Shown: positions 1 to 9,316, counted from the first letter of the stretch. The stretch: DNA of 64,000 bases from an uncultured Chloroflexia bacterium (GCA_963825995.1 CAWGVH010000004.1:115242-179241), one strand, 5' to 3'. A program made the numbers and translations. The notes: generated by a model not told the origin, from the letters alone.

Positions 1-596
1 TCGGGGCCGACTACGGTCTCGTGCTAGCGCCCGGCTATTTCCGCAAGCTCATGACCGACGAGGTCCTCTACCGCTACTTCGCGTCGCTGGCGGACGACTC
101 GCCGCTGCCCATCCTTCTCTACAACGCTCCCGGCTTCAACGGCATCACGCTCTCACCCGAGCTCGTCGGCCGGCTCGCGCGACACGGCAACATCGTGGGG
201 CTCAAGGACAGCGCCTCATCGGGCATCGAGGCCTTCCTGCCGCTTCAGGCTCCCGACTTCGCGGTGCTGGCCGGCTCGGCAAACTTCCTCCTCGCCGCCA
301 TGCGCGGCGGCTCGCCGGGCGGGACGGTCTCGCTGGCGAACTCGTTCCCCGCCGTCGCCCTGCGCCTCTATGAGTACGGCCGCGCCGGCGACGATGCCGT
401 GGCCGCCGACGCCTACCAGGCATACGTGACGCGCGTGAACGCCGCCATCAGCGGCCGCTACGGAGTCCCAGGCGTGAAGGCCGCCATGGACCTCGCGGGC
501 TTCGTCGGAGGCTGGCCGCGCCGGCCGCTGCTGCCCCTCGACGAGAGCGCCCGGGCGGAGTTGCGCGCGATGCTGGAGACGGAGGGGCTGCTGTAG
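1..596 (+). CDS. DHDPS/N-acetylneuraminate-lyase family class I aldolase, 5' end cut by window edge
   Basis: ORF is open to position 1 (track ORF 21..596). LLYNAPGFNG...NIVGLKDSASS carries the G-x-K-D-S Schiff-base lysine context of the DapA/NanA family. The stop overlaps the next start (TAGTG at 594-598). Confidence 0.8.
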   Translation, partial: GADYGLVLAPGYFRKLMTDEVLYRYFASLADDSPLPILLYNAPGFNGITLSPELVGRLARHGNIVGLKDSASSGIEAFLPLQAPDFAVLAGSANFLLAAMRGGSPGGTVSLANSFPAVALRLYEYGRAGDDAVAADAYQAYVTRVNAAISGRYGVPGVKAAMDLAGFVGGWPRRPLLPLDESARAELRAMLETEGLL

Positions 597-1963
597 TGGG
601 TCAGGACATCCTGGCCATCGACGTCGGTACCTCCGGGCTCAAGCTGGGTCTGTATGCGCCCGACCTCGAGCTGCGCACGAGCGCCAGTCAGGAGTACGAG
701 CCAGAGCTGCGCGAGGGGGGCCAGGCCGATGTCCATCCCGAGACCTGGTGGATGGCCATCGCGTCGGCGTGTCACGAGGTCGGTCCAGCGCTCGCGGGAG
801 TGGGCGTGGTCTCGCTTTCGGTCACCACTCCGGGGCTGACGCCGATGGCCGCCGATGGCAGACCGCTGGGTCCAGCCATCCTCTTCCTCGATGGGCGCTC
901 GCACGAACAGGCGGCCGCCATCCGGGCTTCGTTCGGCGAAGAGCGTTTCCTCGCGGAGGCCTGCAACCTGCCGGTCTCGGGCGGCTCGTCGCTCGCGAGC
1001 ATCCTCTGGATCCGCGACCATCGACCGGACGTCTGGAAGCAGGCCGCGAAGTTCGGCCATACCAACACGTATGTGGCCATGCGCATGACCGGCAGGTGGG
1101 CCATCGACCCATCGACGACCTCGATCACCGGCCTCTACGCCACGACCCGCAACGACCTGACCTGGAACGCCGACGTGCTCGAGGCAGCCGGCCTCGAGCA
1201 CAGCCGCCTTCCACCCCTGATGCACTCCTTCGACCCCGTGGGCAAGATGTTGCCCGCGGTCGCCGATGAGCTGGGCGTGCCACGCGGCGCGGTGGTGCTC
1301 TGCGGTGGGAACGATGCCGCCCTGGCGGCGTGGTCGGGCGGGCTGTCCGAACCAGGTGACGCGAACATCATCAGCGGCACCTGCGACATCGCCAACGTGT
1401 GTACCGCTGAGCCGCTGGCATCCGCCGAGTTCAACGTCCGAGCCCATGTCCTGCCGGGCAGGTGGCTCACCTTCTTCGTGCTCAACACCGGAGGTGTTGC
1501 CTATGACTGGTTCCACCAGGCGATGTGCCGGGAGATGGACGCGGTCGAGTTCTACGGCGAGTACCTGCCCTCGACCCTGGAGGCCTTCCTGTCCGACCCC
1601 GACATCGAGGCCCGTGAACGGGCACTGCCAGACTACCTGCCTTACCTCGGTGGCAGCCGCTACTCGCTCGAACCACAGACGGCCTCGTACTCCGGCGTCA
1701 GCCTCCGGACGTCGCGCGAGGATCTGTTGCTCTCTATGATCCGCGGCAACCTGCGCTACCTGGGGACGCACTTCGCGCAGGTCTCGCGGCTCGTCCCGGT
1801 CAACCACGTGGTCGGCATCTCCGGTGGAGCGGCGCGCATCCGGGGCATGCTCGAGGCACGTGCGCGCTGGACGGGCGACTACGAATACCGCTTCCAGGAC
1901 CAGTCGTCGATGCTCGGGGCAGCCATGCTCGGGCGCATCTACCAGGACGGCGGCCTGGCGTGA
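596..1963 (+). CDS. FGGY-family carbohydrate kinase (xylulokinase-like)
   Basis: 455-aa ORF with a GTG start. N-terminal ILAIDVGTSGLKLGLY phosphate-1 motif and C-terminal VVGISGGAARIRGMLEA typical of the FGGY fold. Confidence 0.85.
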   Translation: MGQDILAIDVGTSGLKLGLYAPDLELRTSASQEYEPELREGGQADVHPETWWMAIASACHEVGPALAGVGVVSLSVTTPGLTPMAADGRPLGPAILFLDGRSHEQAAAIRASFGEERFLAEACNLPVSGGSSLASILWIRDHRPDVWKQAAKFGHTNTYVAMRMTGRWAIDPSTTSITGLYATTRNDLTWNADVLEAAGLEHSRLPPLMHSFDPVGKMLPAVADELGVPRGAVVLCGGNDAALAAWSGGLSEPGDANIISGTCDIANVCTAEPLASAEFNVRAHVLPGRWLTFFVLNTGGVAYDWFHQAMCREMDAVEFYGEYLPSTLEAFLSDPDIEARERALPDYLPYLGGSRYSLEPQTASYSGVSLRTSREDLLLSMIRGNLRYLGTHFAQVSRLVPVNHVVGISGGAARIRGMLEARARWTGDYEYRFQDQSSMLGAAMLGRIYQDGGLA

Positions 1964-1982
1964 CCAGGGGGAGGAGCGACCG

Positions 1983-2834
1983 ATGCCTGTAGCGTCGACC
2001 AAGGAACTGGTGACGGCCGCCATGGCGGGCGGCTACGCGATCCCGGCCATCAACATCGTCAACGACCTCACCCTCGAGGCCGTGCTGGCTGCGGCGGACG
2101 AGCTGCGCAGCCCGATGATCGTGCAGACGTCGGTCAAGACCGTGCGCTCCATCGGCCTCGAGGTCCTCAAGGGCATGTGGGACACGACGGCCGCCCGCGG
2201 CCGCGTGCCCGTCGCGCTCCACCTCGACCACTGCCCCGACCGTGAGGTCATCAGTGCCTGCCTGGCCGCGGGCTGGAGCTCGGTGCTCTTCGATGCCCAC
2301 GAGCTGTCGGTCGAGGAGAACGAGCGCCAGTGCATCGAGGTCGTGGCCGAAGCGCGCCGCCACGGCGCCCATGTCGAGGGCGAGATCGAGGGCATCCGCG
2401 GCGTGGAGGACGGCATCGGCTCCGACACGGAGGGGCCGGTCCAGACGCTGGAGGTGGCGGTCGGCTTCATCGAGCGCACCGGCGTGGACATCTTCGCACC
2501 GGCCATCGGCAACGCCCACGGCCTGTACAAGGCCCGTCCCACGCTCGACCACCAGCGCATCAGCGACCTCGTGGCGGCCACGGGCATCCCTATGGCCCTC
2601 CACGGCGGCACGGGGCTGTCGGCCGAGCAGTTCAGCGAACTCATCGCCCGCGGCTGTGCCAAGGTCAACGTGTCGACGGCGCTGAAGATGGCCTACATGG
2701 AGGCCAACCGCGAGTACCTCATGGCGAACCCTACGGCCGCCGACCCGCCCAGGCTCTTCGCCCACGTGCGCGAGGCCGTGATGCGCATGACGCGCGAGCA
2801 CATCCACATGTTCGGGGCGGAGGGTCGCGCGTGA
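1983..2834 (+). CDS. Class II ketose-bisphosphate aldolase (fructose/tagatose-bisphosphate aldolase family)
   Basis: Internal ATG at 1983 (MPVASTKELV) inside track ORF 1824..2834. YAIPAINIVN, VALHLDHCPD and ALHGGTG are zinc/phosphate-site motifs of the FbaA/GatY family. Confidence 0.85.
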   Translation: MPVASTKELVTAAMAGGYAIPAINIVNDLTLEAVLAAADELRSPMIVQTSVKTVRSIGLEVLKGMWDTTAARGRVPVALHLDHCPDREVISACLAAGWSSVLFDAHELSVEENERQCIEVVAEARRHGAHVEGEIEGIRGVEDGIGSDTEGPVQTLEVAVGFIERTGVDIFAPAIGNAHGLYKARPTLDHQRISDLVAATGIPMALHGGTGLSAEQFSELIARGCAKVNVSTALKMAYMEANREYLMANPTAADPPRLFAHVREAVMRMTREHIHMFGAEGRA

Positions 2835-3598
2835 GCGCGCTCATCTTCGACTGCGATGGCGTCCTGGCCGACACCGAGCGCCTTGGTCACCTGCCCGCCT
2901 TCAACCGCACCTTCCGCGAGTTCGGCCTGCCGGTGCAGTGGACGGAGGAGGCGTACGGCGTCGCGCTCGGCATCGGCGGTGGCAAGGAGCGCATGGCCGC
3001 GCTGCTCACGCCCGAGTTCGTTGCTGAGGTCGGCCTGCCGGCCGACTCCGAGGGCCAGGCGGCGGAGATGGCGAAATGGCACCGGCGCAAGACCGAGCTC
3101 TACGTCCAGCTGGTGCAGGCGGGCGAGTTGCCGCCCCGCCCCGGCATCCGGCGCATCGTGAACGAGGCGCGCAGCGAGGGCTGGCAGCTGGCCGTCTGTT
3201 CGACCTCCGCTGAAGCCTCGGTCCGGGCCATCCTCGAGCACGCGGTGGGCACCGAGGCTGCCGCCGACTTTCTCGTCCTCGCCGGCGACGTGGTGCCACG
3301 CAAGAAGCCGGCCCCGGACATCTACCGGATGGCGCTCGAGGGGCTCGGCATCGGGCCCGGCGAGGCTGTCGTCCTCGAGGACTCGCGCAACGGCCTGCTC
3401 GCGTCGGTCGGGGCCGGCCTGACCACGGTCGTGACCGTCAATGGCTACACGCGCGACGAGGTCTTCGATGAGGCAGCCCTGGTGGTGTCATCGCTGGGCG
3501 ACCCGGGCGCTGATCCCATCGAGATCCTGGCCAACCGCAGTCCGGCCCGACCGGTCGGGTACGTGAACCTGGCCGACGTGGCAGCCTGTCTCGGCTGA
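2831..3598 (+). CDS. HAD-IA family phosphatase (CbbY-like)
   Basis: GTG at 2831 overlaps the aldolase stop (GTGA). LIFDCDGVLADTE is the DxDG nucleophile motif. CSTSAE, KKPAPDIY and EDSRNG are HAD motifs II-IV. Confidence 0.8.
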   Translation: MSALIFDCDGVLADTERLGHLPAFNRTFREFGLPVQWTEEAYGVALGIGGGKERMAALLTPEFVAEVGLPADSEGQAAEMAKWHRRKTELYVQLVQAGELPPRPGIRRIVNEARSEGWQLAVCSTSAEASVRAILEHAVGTEAAADFLVLAGDVVPRKKPAPDIYRMALEGLGIGPGEAVVLEDSRNGLLASVGAGLTTVVTVNGYTRDEVFDEAALVVSSLGDPGADPIEILANRSPARPVGYVNLADVAACLG

Positions 3599-3616
3599 CC
3601 TGGGCCCGTCCCGTCG

Positions 3617-3952
3617 GGGGGCCCAGTGCCCAACGTCGGCGTGCCGTGCTATCAACTCGACGGCACGGTCGGTGCTGAGCATGACCAGGTCGTGCCGGCG
3701 GCAGAGATGGGCGAGGAGCGCGTCGATGGTGCCGACCGCGATGCTCGTGCAACGAGAGGTGTTCCGTAGCTCCGAGCTTATCTGCCAGCACTGTGGTGAG
3801 CCGCTCGGCGATGACCCCGACGAGGACCCGACCGGCGGGTCCGGCGGCTTGCCGATTTGCGGGGGTGCGACCGCAATCGCAAGATAGAGGCGGACCTCGG
3901 TGCCCTCGACGCACACCTCGACGAGAACGTTAGGCAGCCATGTCTCATCCAT
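3617..3952 (-). pseudogene. PIN-domain (VapC-like) toxin remnant
   Basis: ELRNTSRCTSIAVGTIDALLAHLCRRHDLVMLSTDRAVELIARHADVGHW aligns with the C-terminal half of the intact VapC at 27590..27994 (DLRNTCRRRGVQVGTIDALLAQLCIRHGLVMLSTDRDFEHMARHVDLHCW). The N-terminal half is not PIN-like. The ORF runs past the homologous stop into the antisense of the HAD gene. Confidence 0.45.
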
Positions 3953-4198
3953 CGTCCCCGTGGTCCAGTGCGGCGCTGATCCTGCTTGGGTCGTCGCTGC
4001 CGACGTCGGGTCTGGCTGATGTGCTGATGCTTATGCTCGCCGACGATGACCCCTGATGTGACCCCTCTGGATAGGGCGACAGGGAAGGCGAGAAATGGGC
4101 GCAGATGGCACGCACAGCCAAGTTGGCGGGTTCCGAGCCGACCGATCCCCGCGGCGGTGGGTCTACGGGGGCACGTTGGGGGCGAGATGGTCCGACGA

Positions 4199-4260
4199 GC
4201 CGACCGTCCTCTGCATTCGTAAACAGCAGGTCCTCGGTTCAAATCCGAGTGTCGGCTCCA
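4199..4260 (+). other. tRNA-like 3' fragment (T-arm, acceptor 3' strand, U73, encoded CCA); not a complete tRNA
   Basis: CTCGG-TTCAAAT-CCGAG T-arm (4233-4249), then TGTCGGC-T-CCA (4250-4260). A partially complementary GCCGACC lies at 4199-4205. No D-arm or canonical anticodon arm can be folded. Confidence 0.4.
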
Positions 4261-4294
4261 CTTCCTGAGCGGGCACGAATGGTCGTGCGGCCGA

Positions 4295-5017
4295 TCACGA
4301 CGCCCCCTGGAGTCGCTCTACCCACGACGGGTCCAGCCGCCGGAGTCTGGCCTTGGCCAGGTTCGCTCGCACGATCCAGCGGATGTCGGGGTCATCGGAG
4401 AGGGCCAGACGCTCGAAGACCGCTCGCCCCCGCGCCGGGGCGGCAACGATGGCGACGCTCCAGCCGTAGCCGAGAGCCTTGCGCAGGACGCGGACGTCGT
4501 CTGCCCGTCGCTCCGACTCCTTGGTCAGCGATGCCGTGATCCGCTCCAGGACGTCGAGCGCCGCGGCCGCGACCGGAGGCTCGCGCAGAAGGCGCGGCTC
4601 GCAGATCGCCGCGACCGCGGCGCGCCGCTCCAGCGGGCCCTCGTCTGCCCATGCCTCCACGATCGTCAGGAGCCGCTGGGTGTCGGCGTCCCCGAGGCGC
4701 TGGAGGGCCATGGCAACGGCCTCGCGCACGCGCCAGCGCCGATCGGAGGCCCGCTCATGGAGGGTGGCAACGGCGTCCGCGTCACCTTCGGCTGCGAGCC
4801 GCCCGAGCCCGACGATGCCGCACACAGCGAGGAACTCGTCCTCCCGCCCAGCCAGCTCCCAGACGCGCCTCTCGTCGCCCTCGTCGGCGACGGCGGCGAT
4901 CAGCTCCAGGTTCGCCCTCGGCCCGGGGAGGCCGGAGTGGTCAAGCAGATACGGCTCCCAGTCATGGAGCGCCCGGAGGGCCGCGCGGTGCTCATCGACC
5001 TTCGTCACAGACGCCAT
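4295..5017 (-). CDS. HEAT/armadillo-like repeat protein (DNA-alkylation-repair-like fold), function unknown
   Basis: ATG at 5017 (MASVTKVDEH) inside the chimeric 639-aa track ORF. Repeated helical units (RRWRVREAVAMALQRLGD, PLERRAAVAAICEP, DPDIRWIVRANLAKA) resemble HEAT repeats. Confidence 0.55.
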   Translation of the reverse strand: MASVTKVDEHRAALRALHDWEPYLLDHSGLPGPRANLELIAAVADEGDERRVWELAGREDEFLAVCGIVGLGRLAAEGDADAVATLHERASDRRWRVREAVAMALQRLGDADTQRLLTIVEAWADEGPLERRAAVAAICEPRLLREPPVAAAALDVLERITASLTKESERRADDVRVLRKALGYGWSVAIVAAPARGRAVFERLALSDDPDIRWIVRANLAKARLRRLDPSWVERLQGAS

Positions 5018-5129
5018 CCTGCCATCGACGAGGTCGACACGACCTGAGGCGCCCGAAACCGGTGCCAAGCGCGCTCGGGGACGGCCACCCCGCCTGGGAC
5101 GAGCCCCCTTGCATTCGCCGATAGGCTGT

Positions 5130-5157
5130 GTATACTGAACCGTATGGTGCAGTATAC
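5130..5157. promoter_or_regulatory. Inverted repeat GTATACTG-N12-CAGTATAC spanning the ArsR start codon (candidate autoregulatory operator)
   Basis: Perfect 8-bp arms at 5130-5137 and 5150-5157 in a locally AT-richer patch. ArsR/SmtB repressors typically bind imperfect inverted repeats at their own promoters. Confidence 0.45.
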
Positions 5158-5509
5158 GAGCGGCCGACTCGATGTCTCGTTCGCCGCACTCTCGGACGCC
5201 ACCCGACGGGGCGTGCTGGAGCAGCTCGGACGGGCCGACGCCTCGATCACGGACCTGGCCCGAACGTTCCACATGACCCTCACCGGCATGCGGAAACACG
5301 TCGGCGTCCTGGAGCAGGCCGAGCTCGTCACCACGCAGAAGGTCGGGCGCGTGCGGACCTGCCGGCTCGGCCCGCGCCGACTGGCGGAAGAGACGGCCTG
5401 GATCGAGCGCTACCGCCAGCTCTGGGACGCACGCTTCGACGCGCTGGACGAAGTGGTCGAGGCACTGAAACGGAAGGAGAAGGTCGATGGACGCACGCAG
5501 AGAGAGTGA
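5144..5509 (+). CDS. ArsR/SmtB-family transcriptional regulator
   Basis: 121 aa. FAALSDATRRGVLEQLGRADASITDLARTFHMTLTGMRKHVGVLEQAELV is a winged-HTH of ArsR type. Confidence 0.85.
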   Translation: MVQYTSGRLDVSFAALSDATRRGVLEQLGRADASITDLARTFHMTLTGMRKHVGVLEQAELVTTQKVGRVRTCRLGPRRLAEETAWIERYRQLWDARFDALDEVVEALKRKEKVDGRTQRE

Positions 5510-5996
5510 GGGTGCCCCCGTGAAGGACCGGACGACGGTGGAGCGGACGTCCGAGCGTGAGCTCGTCGTCAGGCGAACGTTCGACGGCCCGGCGCGCCTC
5601 GTGTTCGAGGCGTGGACCAAGCCCGAGCTGTTCAGGCAGTGGTGGGTGCCCAAGTCGATGGGGATGTCGCTGCTTTCCTGCGAGATGGATGTCCGTGTCG
5701 GGGGCAGGTACCGTCTGGAGTTCGCACACGGGGACGCACGGGCGGCGTTCTTCGGCACGTACCAGGAAGTCACACCACCCACGCGCCTCGTGTGGACCAA
5801 TGAGGAGAGCGACGAGGGTCCCGTCACGACGGTGACCTTCGCGGAACAGGGCGGCCAGACGGTGCTGGTCATGCACGAGCTCCATCCTTCGAAGGAAGCT
5901 CTCGACGCCGCCGGCACCGGGGCGGCGGATGCGATGGCAGAGACGTTCGAGCAACTGGACGCGCTTCTCGTCACCCTGGGCGCGAGCGGGGCGTGA
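5487..5996 (+). CDS. SRPBCC-superfamily protein (AHSA1/Aha1-like domain)
   Basis: RELVVRRTFDGPARLVFEAWTKPELFRQWWVP...VRVGGRYRLEF is typical of the AHSA1 family, which is commonly paired with ArsR. The alternative GTG start at 5521 has a better RBS. Confidence 0.8.
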   Translation: MDARRESEGAPVKDRTTVERTSERELVVRRTFDGPARLVFEAWTKPELFRQWWVPKSMGMSLLSCEMDVRVGGRYRLEFAHGDARAAFFGTYQEVTPPTRLVWTNEESDEGPVTTVTFAEQGGQTVLVMHELHPSKEALDAAGTGAADAMAETFEQLDALLVTLGASGA

Positions 5997-6250
5997 TGAC
6001 GTCGGATGGCCACGGGCGGCAGCGCAGCCGTCATGGGCGATCCGAGCCCGCCTGACACCCGGTTCACCGCCGACGCTGGTTCATCCCCTTGCGCGTGCTG
6101 CAACTCGCGCAGAGGACGCAGGGCCGCGCGGGCAGCGGTTCGCTGTCTTGCGGCCTCGGAGACAGGGCGAGCACGGGGCAGCAGGTTGGGCGTCCCGGCG
6201 AGCCGGGCCTGCACGATGCCGCGAAATCTCGCGACCGCCGCGGCGCGACG

Positions 6251-9200
6251 CTAGCCAGGGGCGGCCAGGAGGTCCCGGACGGCGACGAGCTCCGTCGTCT
6301 CGCCATCCTCTGTGAAGTCGTCGAAGACTCCCTGCAGCGCGGCGAGCCGGTCGGCTCGTCGTGCAGGGGACGACCCCACGTCCGTCTCGAACAGGCGTCT
6401 GGCGGCCCGCAGCTCGGACATCGAGGCACCCCAGCGGCGCGCTGCCTGGACAGCCTCTTCCCAGGCAGCCACAGCTTCGGCAGGCCGGCCAAGCAGGTTG
6501 AGCAGCTCACCGCGCACGACGTGCAAGTCGGGCAGGAAGGGGGCCCGCGTCAGGGCTTCCTCCACGGCTTGGAGTCCCTCCGCGGGACGCCCTGCCTGCC
6601 CACACGCTTCGGCCTGGGTCTGCAGCAGGAAGGGCCAGAAGATCGGTGGCGTCCGCAAGCCCCGATACTGCTCGAGCCCCTGTGACACCCAGTCCAGACC
6701 CTCCGGCCCGAGCCCAAGAGCCACGGCCGAAGCCCCCAGGACGACCGAACCCACCGCCTTCCAGATGTGGAGCTCGTGCTCCTCGGCGACATCGATGACA
6801 CGGACGGCCAGCTCGCGAGCCTTGGCTGGCTCACGCCGCCAGTGGTGGAGCAGCGCGGCGTGGAAGAGCGCGTAGCCCGTGGTCGACGGGTGTCCCAGCT
6901 GACCGGCAAGCTCGAGGGCCTGCGTGGAGTACCGCAGGGAGGTCACCAGGCGCCCCTGCCACCACGTCAGGAGGGACAGCGCGGTCAGCGTCGAGACGCG
7001 CGAGTCGGGACCCATGCGGATGTACGGCCGGTCGTACGGGTGCGTCTGCCACCAGTCGACCGCAGCCTCGAGCTCCGGGATGCCGTCCTCGATGCGGCCG
7101 CCGAAGGCAAGCCCCTGGCCGTACAGAAGGTGGCCATCCACACGGATCTGGGGGTCCCCTTCGACCTCGGCCAGGTCCAGGATCTGCCTCCCCAGCTGGC
7201 GGGAGCGGACGTGGTCGGCGCGGAAGACGTAGAGAGTGGCCAATCCACGCAAGACCGGATAGACCCGTGGCACGGGGGCGCCTTCGACGGAGGCCAGGAG
7301 CCGCTCGTAGGCAGCCTCCACCTCCTCGGTGTAGCCCTCCATGGCTGTCAGTGCGCGAGCCTGGTTGCTGCGCAGGGTGACTGCCAGCAGGTCACGGTCC
7401 GGCGAGCTGGAAGACTGATCCAGCACGTCCAGCACATCCTGGGCAAGATCCGTCAAGGCGCGGTACCAGCCACGGAGGTCGTACAGGGGCTCGAGGCCGA
7501 CCAGGAGCGCCTGCAGCCCGTCGAGGTTCGCCTCGGCCACATCGTGCTGCCAGGCGGTGCGGAGGTTCTCGAGCTCGATGGCCAGCCGCTGGAGCGCCAT
7601 CGAGCGGTCCGGCCCACGAGCCTCGGCTGCGATCCGCTCCGCCCACCGCTCGAAGTAGGCGGCGTGGGCCGAGCGAGCCAGGCGAGCCAGGCGGTCATCC
7701 CGCTCGAGGAGCTCGGTGGCGAACTCGCGCACCGATTCGAGCATCTCGAAGCGCGGCGCCTGGGCGTCGGTCGCGGTCTGGCGCAGCAGACTCTTGTCGG
7801 TCAGCGATAGCAGGTCCTCGACCGGATCGGCATCGGGCCCTCGGTCCGCCAGCCGGGCAGCCACCTCCTCGACCGCTTCGATCTCTGCTCCTCTGAAGCA
7901 GGCCATCATGACGAAGAGCTGCTGCTCCCCGGGAGACAGGAGCTGGTAGCTCCAGTCGATCGTGGAGCGCAGTGTCTGCTGGCGCTCGGGCAGGTCCCGT
8001 GCCCCGCTGCCGAGTGCACGCAAGCGGTTGTGGAGTCGGTCACGCAGCGCATCGAGCGAGAAGACGCGCAGTCGCGCCGCAGCCAGCTCGATGGCCAGGG
8101 GCAGACCCTCCAGGCGGCGACAGATCTCGGCCACCACGGCTGCGTTGTCGTCGGTGATGCGGAACTCAGGCCGTACGGCACGTGCACGGTCGACGAAGAG
8201 CAGCACCGCCTCGAAACGTTCGATCCCCTCGGACGAGGCCCTCGCAGAGCCAAGCGATGGAAACGCCAGCGGCAGGATGGTCAAGAGCTGCTCTTCGCGG
8301 ACGTGGAGCGGCTCGCGGCTGGTCACGAGCAGCTTCAGGCCGGGGCACCCCTGCAGCAGTCGCACCAGTGTCGGCGCCACACCGGTCACCTGCTCGACGG
8401 TGTCGAGGATGAGGAGCCGGGGTTGGCGACCGATGTGGGTCACGAGCTCGGCCAACTGAGCGTCTTCGCTGGCATCGGCGTACCCCAGCGTGCGACCGAT
8501 CTCCATGAGCACCGCGCTGGCATCCCGGGCCATGGCGAGGTCCACGAAGGCGACGCCAGTCGGGAAGGCAGCCTCGACGTCACGGGCCGCTCGCATGGCC
8601 AACCTCGTCTTGCCGATACCACCTGGTCCCGTGATCGTCAGCAGCCGCACGTCCGGGTCGACCAGTCGCCCGGCGAGCCAGGTCCGCTCCGACTCCCGGC
8701 CGAGGAATGCCGACGGTTCGGGCGGTAATGAGACCTGGCGCATGTCCACGGTGGTGAGGGGCAGAAAGGCGCCGGGCATGGCCGGGTGATCCACCTGGTA
8801 GACGTGCTCAGGGCGGGCCAGGTCCTTCAGGAGGTGTTCACCAAGGTCCTGCAGCGCGACACCCGCCGGAAGCTGGTCCATGACCAGGGCCGCAGTCGGC
8901 CCGGAGAGTAGGATCTGGCCACCGTGGCCGGCCGCCATGACGCGCGCGGCCCGGTTGACGGCCGGACCATGGAAGTCGTGGCCGTCTCCTGAGCCCTCCC
9001 CGACATGCAGGCCCATGCGTACGCGGAGCGGCCCGGTCTCACCCCAGTTCGCCGCCGCGAGTGCCATCTGGGCGGCGACACAGGCGACCACGCCATCGCG
9101 TGCTGTATCGAAGACGGCCATGAGCCCGTCTCCGGTCGTCTTGATGACCCGTCCGCGCGCACCCTCGACGGCATCGACGAGGAGGCGGTCGTGCTGTGCG

Positions 9201-9316
9201 AGGGAGTCACGCATGGCCTCCGGGTGTCTCTCCCACAGGCGAGTACTGCCCTCTACATCGGTGAAGAGGAAGGCGAGTGTACGGGTGATGGCAGGAGCCG
9301 ACGGGACGATGTTCAC
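6251..9316 (-). CDS. Class III adenylate/guanylate cyclase fused to a STAND P-loop NTPase and a C-terminal TPR-like array
   Basis: Cyclase motifs FLFTDVEGST, IKTTGDGLMAVF and GPAVNRAARV. Walker A ITGPGGIGKTRLA and Walker B LLILDTVE. About 600 aa of helical repeats follow. The GTG at 9316 overlaps the upstream stop (GTGA). The track ATG at 9367 is the alternative start. Confidence 0.85.
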   Translation of the reverse strand: MNIVPSAPAITRTLAFLFTDVEGSTRLWERHPEAMRDSLAQHDRLLVDAVEGARGRVIKTTGDGLMAVFDTARDGVVACVAAQMALAAANWGETGPLRVRMGLHVGEGSGDGHDFHGPAVNRAARVMAAGHGGQILLSGPTAALVMDQLPAGVALQDLGEHLLKDLARPEHVYQVDHPAMPGAFLPLTTVDMRQVSLPPEPSAFLGRESERTWLAGRLVDPDVRLLTITGPGGIGKTRLAMRAARDVEAAFPTGVAFVDLAMARDASAVLMEIGRTLGYADASEDAQLAELVTHIGRQPRLLILDTVEQVTGVAPTLVRLLQGCPGLKLLVTSREPLHVREEQLLTILPLAFPSLGSARASSEGIERFEAVLLFVDRARAVRPEFRITDDNAAVVAEICRRLEGLPLAIELAAARLRVFSLDALRDRLHNRLRALGSGARDLPERQQTLRSTIDWSYQLLSPGEQQLFVMMACFRGAEIEAVEEVAARLADRGPDADPVEDLLSLTDKSLLRQTATDAQAPRFEMLESVREFATELLERDDRLARLARSAHAAYFERWAERIAAEARGPDRSMALQRLAIELENLRTAWQHDVAEANLDGLQALLVGLEPLYDLRGWYRALTDLAQDVLDVLDQSSSSPDRDLLAVTLRSNQARALTAMEGYTEEVEAAYERLLASVEGAPVPRVYPVLRGLATLYVFRADHVRSRQLGRQILDLAEVEGDPQIRVDGHLLYGQGLAFGGRIEDGIPELEAAVDWWQTHPYDRPYIRMGPDSRVSTLTALSLLTWWQGRLVTSLRYSTQALELAGQLGHPSTTGYALFHAALLHHWRREPAKARELAVRVIDVAEEHELHIWKAVGSVVLGASAVALGLGPEGLDWVSQGLEQYRGLRTPPIFWPFLLQTQAEACGQAGRPAEGLQAVEEALTRAPFLPDLHVVRGELLNLLGRPAEAVAAWEEAVQAARRWGASMSELRAARRLFETDVGSSPARRADRLAALQGVFDDFTEDGETTELVAVRDLLAAPG

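Noticed and set aside
458-2023. 521-aa minus-strand ORF antisense to the FGGY kinase gene. Similar long ORFs occur at 1800..2807(-), 25178..26449(-), 28746..30299(-), 39472..40857(+), 43063..44433(+) and 48954..50414(+).
   Set aside because: These are shadow ORFs typical of very GC-rich DNA. They are Arg/Gly/Pro/Ala-rich low-complexity translations with no motifs. Each lies opposite or out of frame to a gene with clear family signatures.
4039-4260. tmRNA (ssrA) hypothesis for the tRNA-like end
   Set aside because: No GGGG...TTCGAC-type 5' end and no plausible tag ORF ending in hydrophobic residues (the in-frame stop gives ...RPLHS*). A span of ~220 nt is too short, and the acceptor would not carry the G3:U70 Ala identity.
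4165-4260. Complete class I or class II tRNA gene
   Set aside because: There is no 5' acceptor strand complementary to TGTCGGC at the right distance, no D-arm, and no 7-nt anticodon loop with a 5-bp stem. Only the T-arm and acceptor 3' half are convincing.
4295-6214. 639-aa minus-strand ORF
   Set aside because: It is chimeric. Only the last 240 codons (from ATG 5017) look like a real HEAT-like protein. The upstream part is antisense to the ArsR and SRPBCC genes.
6251-9316. Classifying the cyclase-STAND gene as Pycsar, CBASS or another known cyclic-nucleotide defence system
   Set aside because: The operon has no adjacent effector with a cNMP-binding, TIR, TM or nuclease domain, and no CD-NTase fold. 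The architecture is closer to the Rv0386-type regulatory cyclases. It is kept as an open question in the findings.
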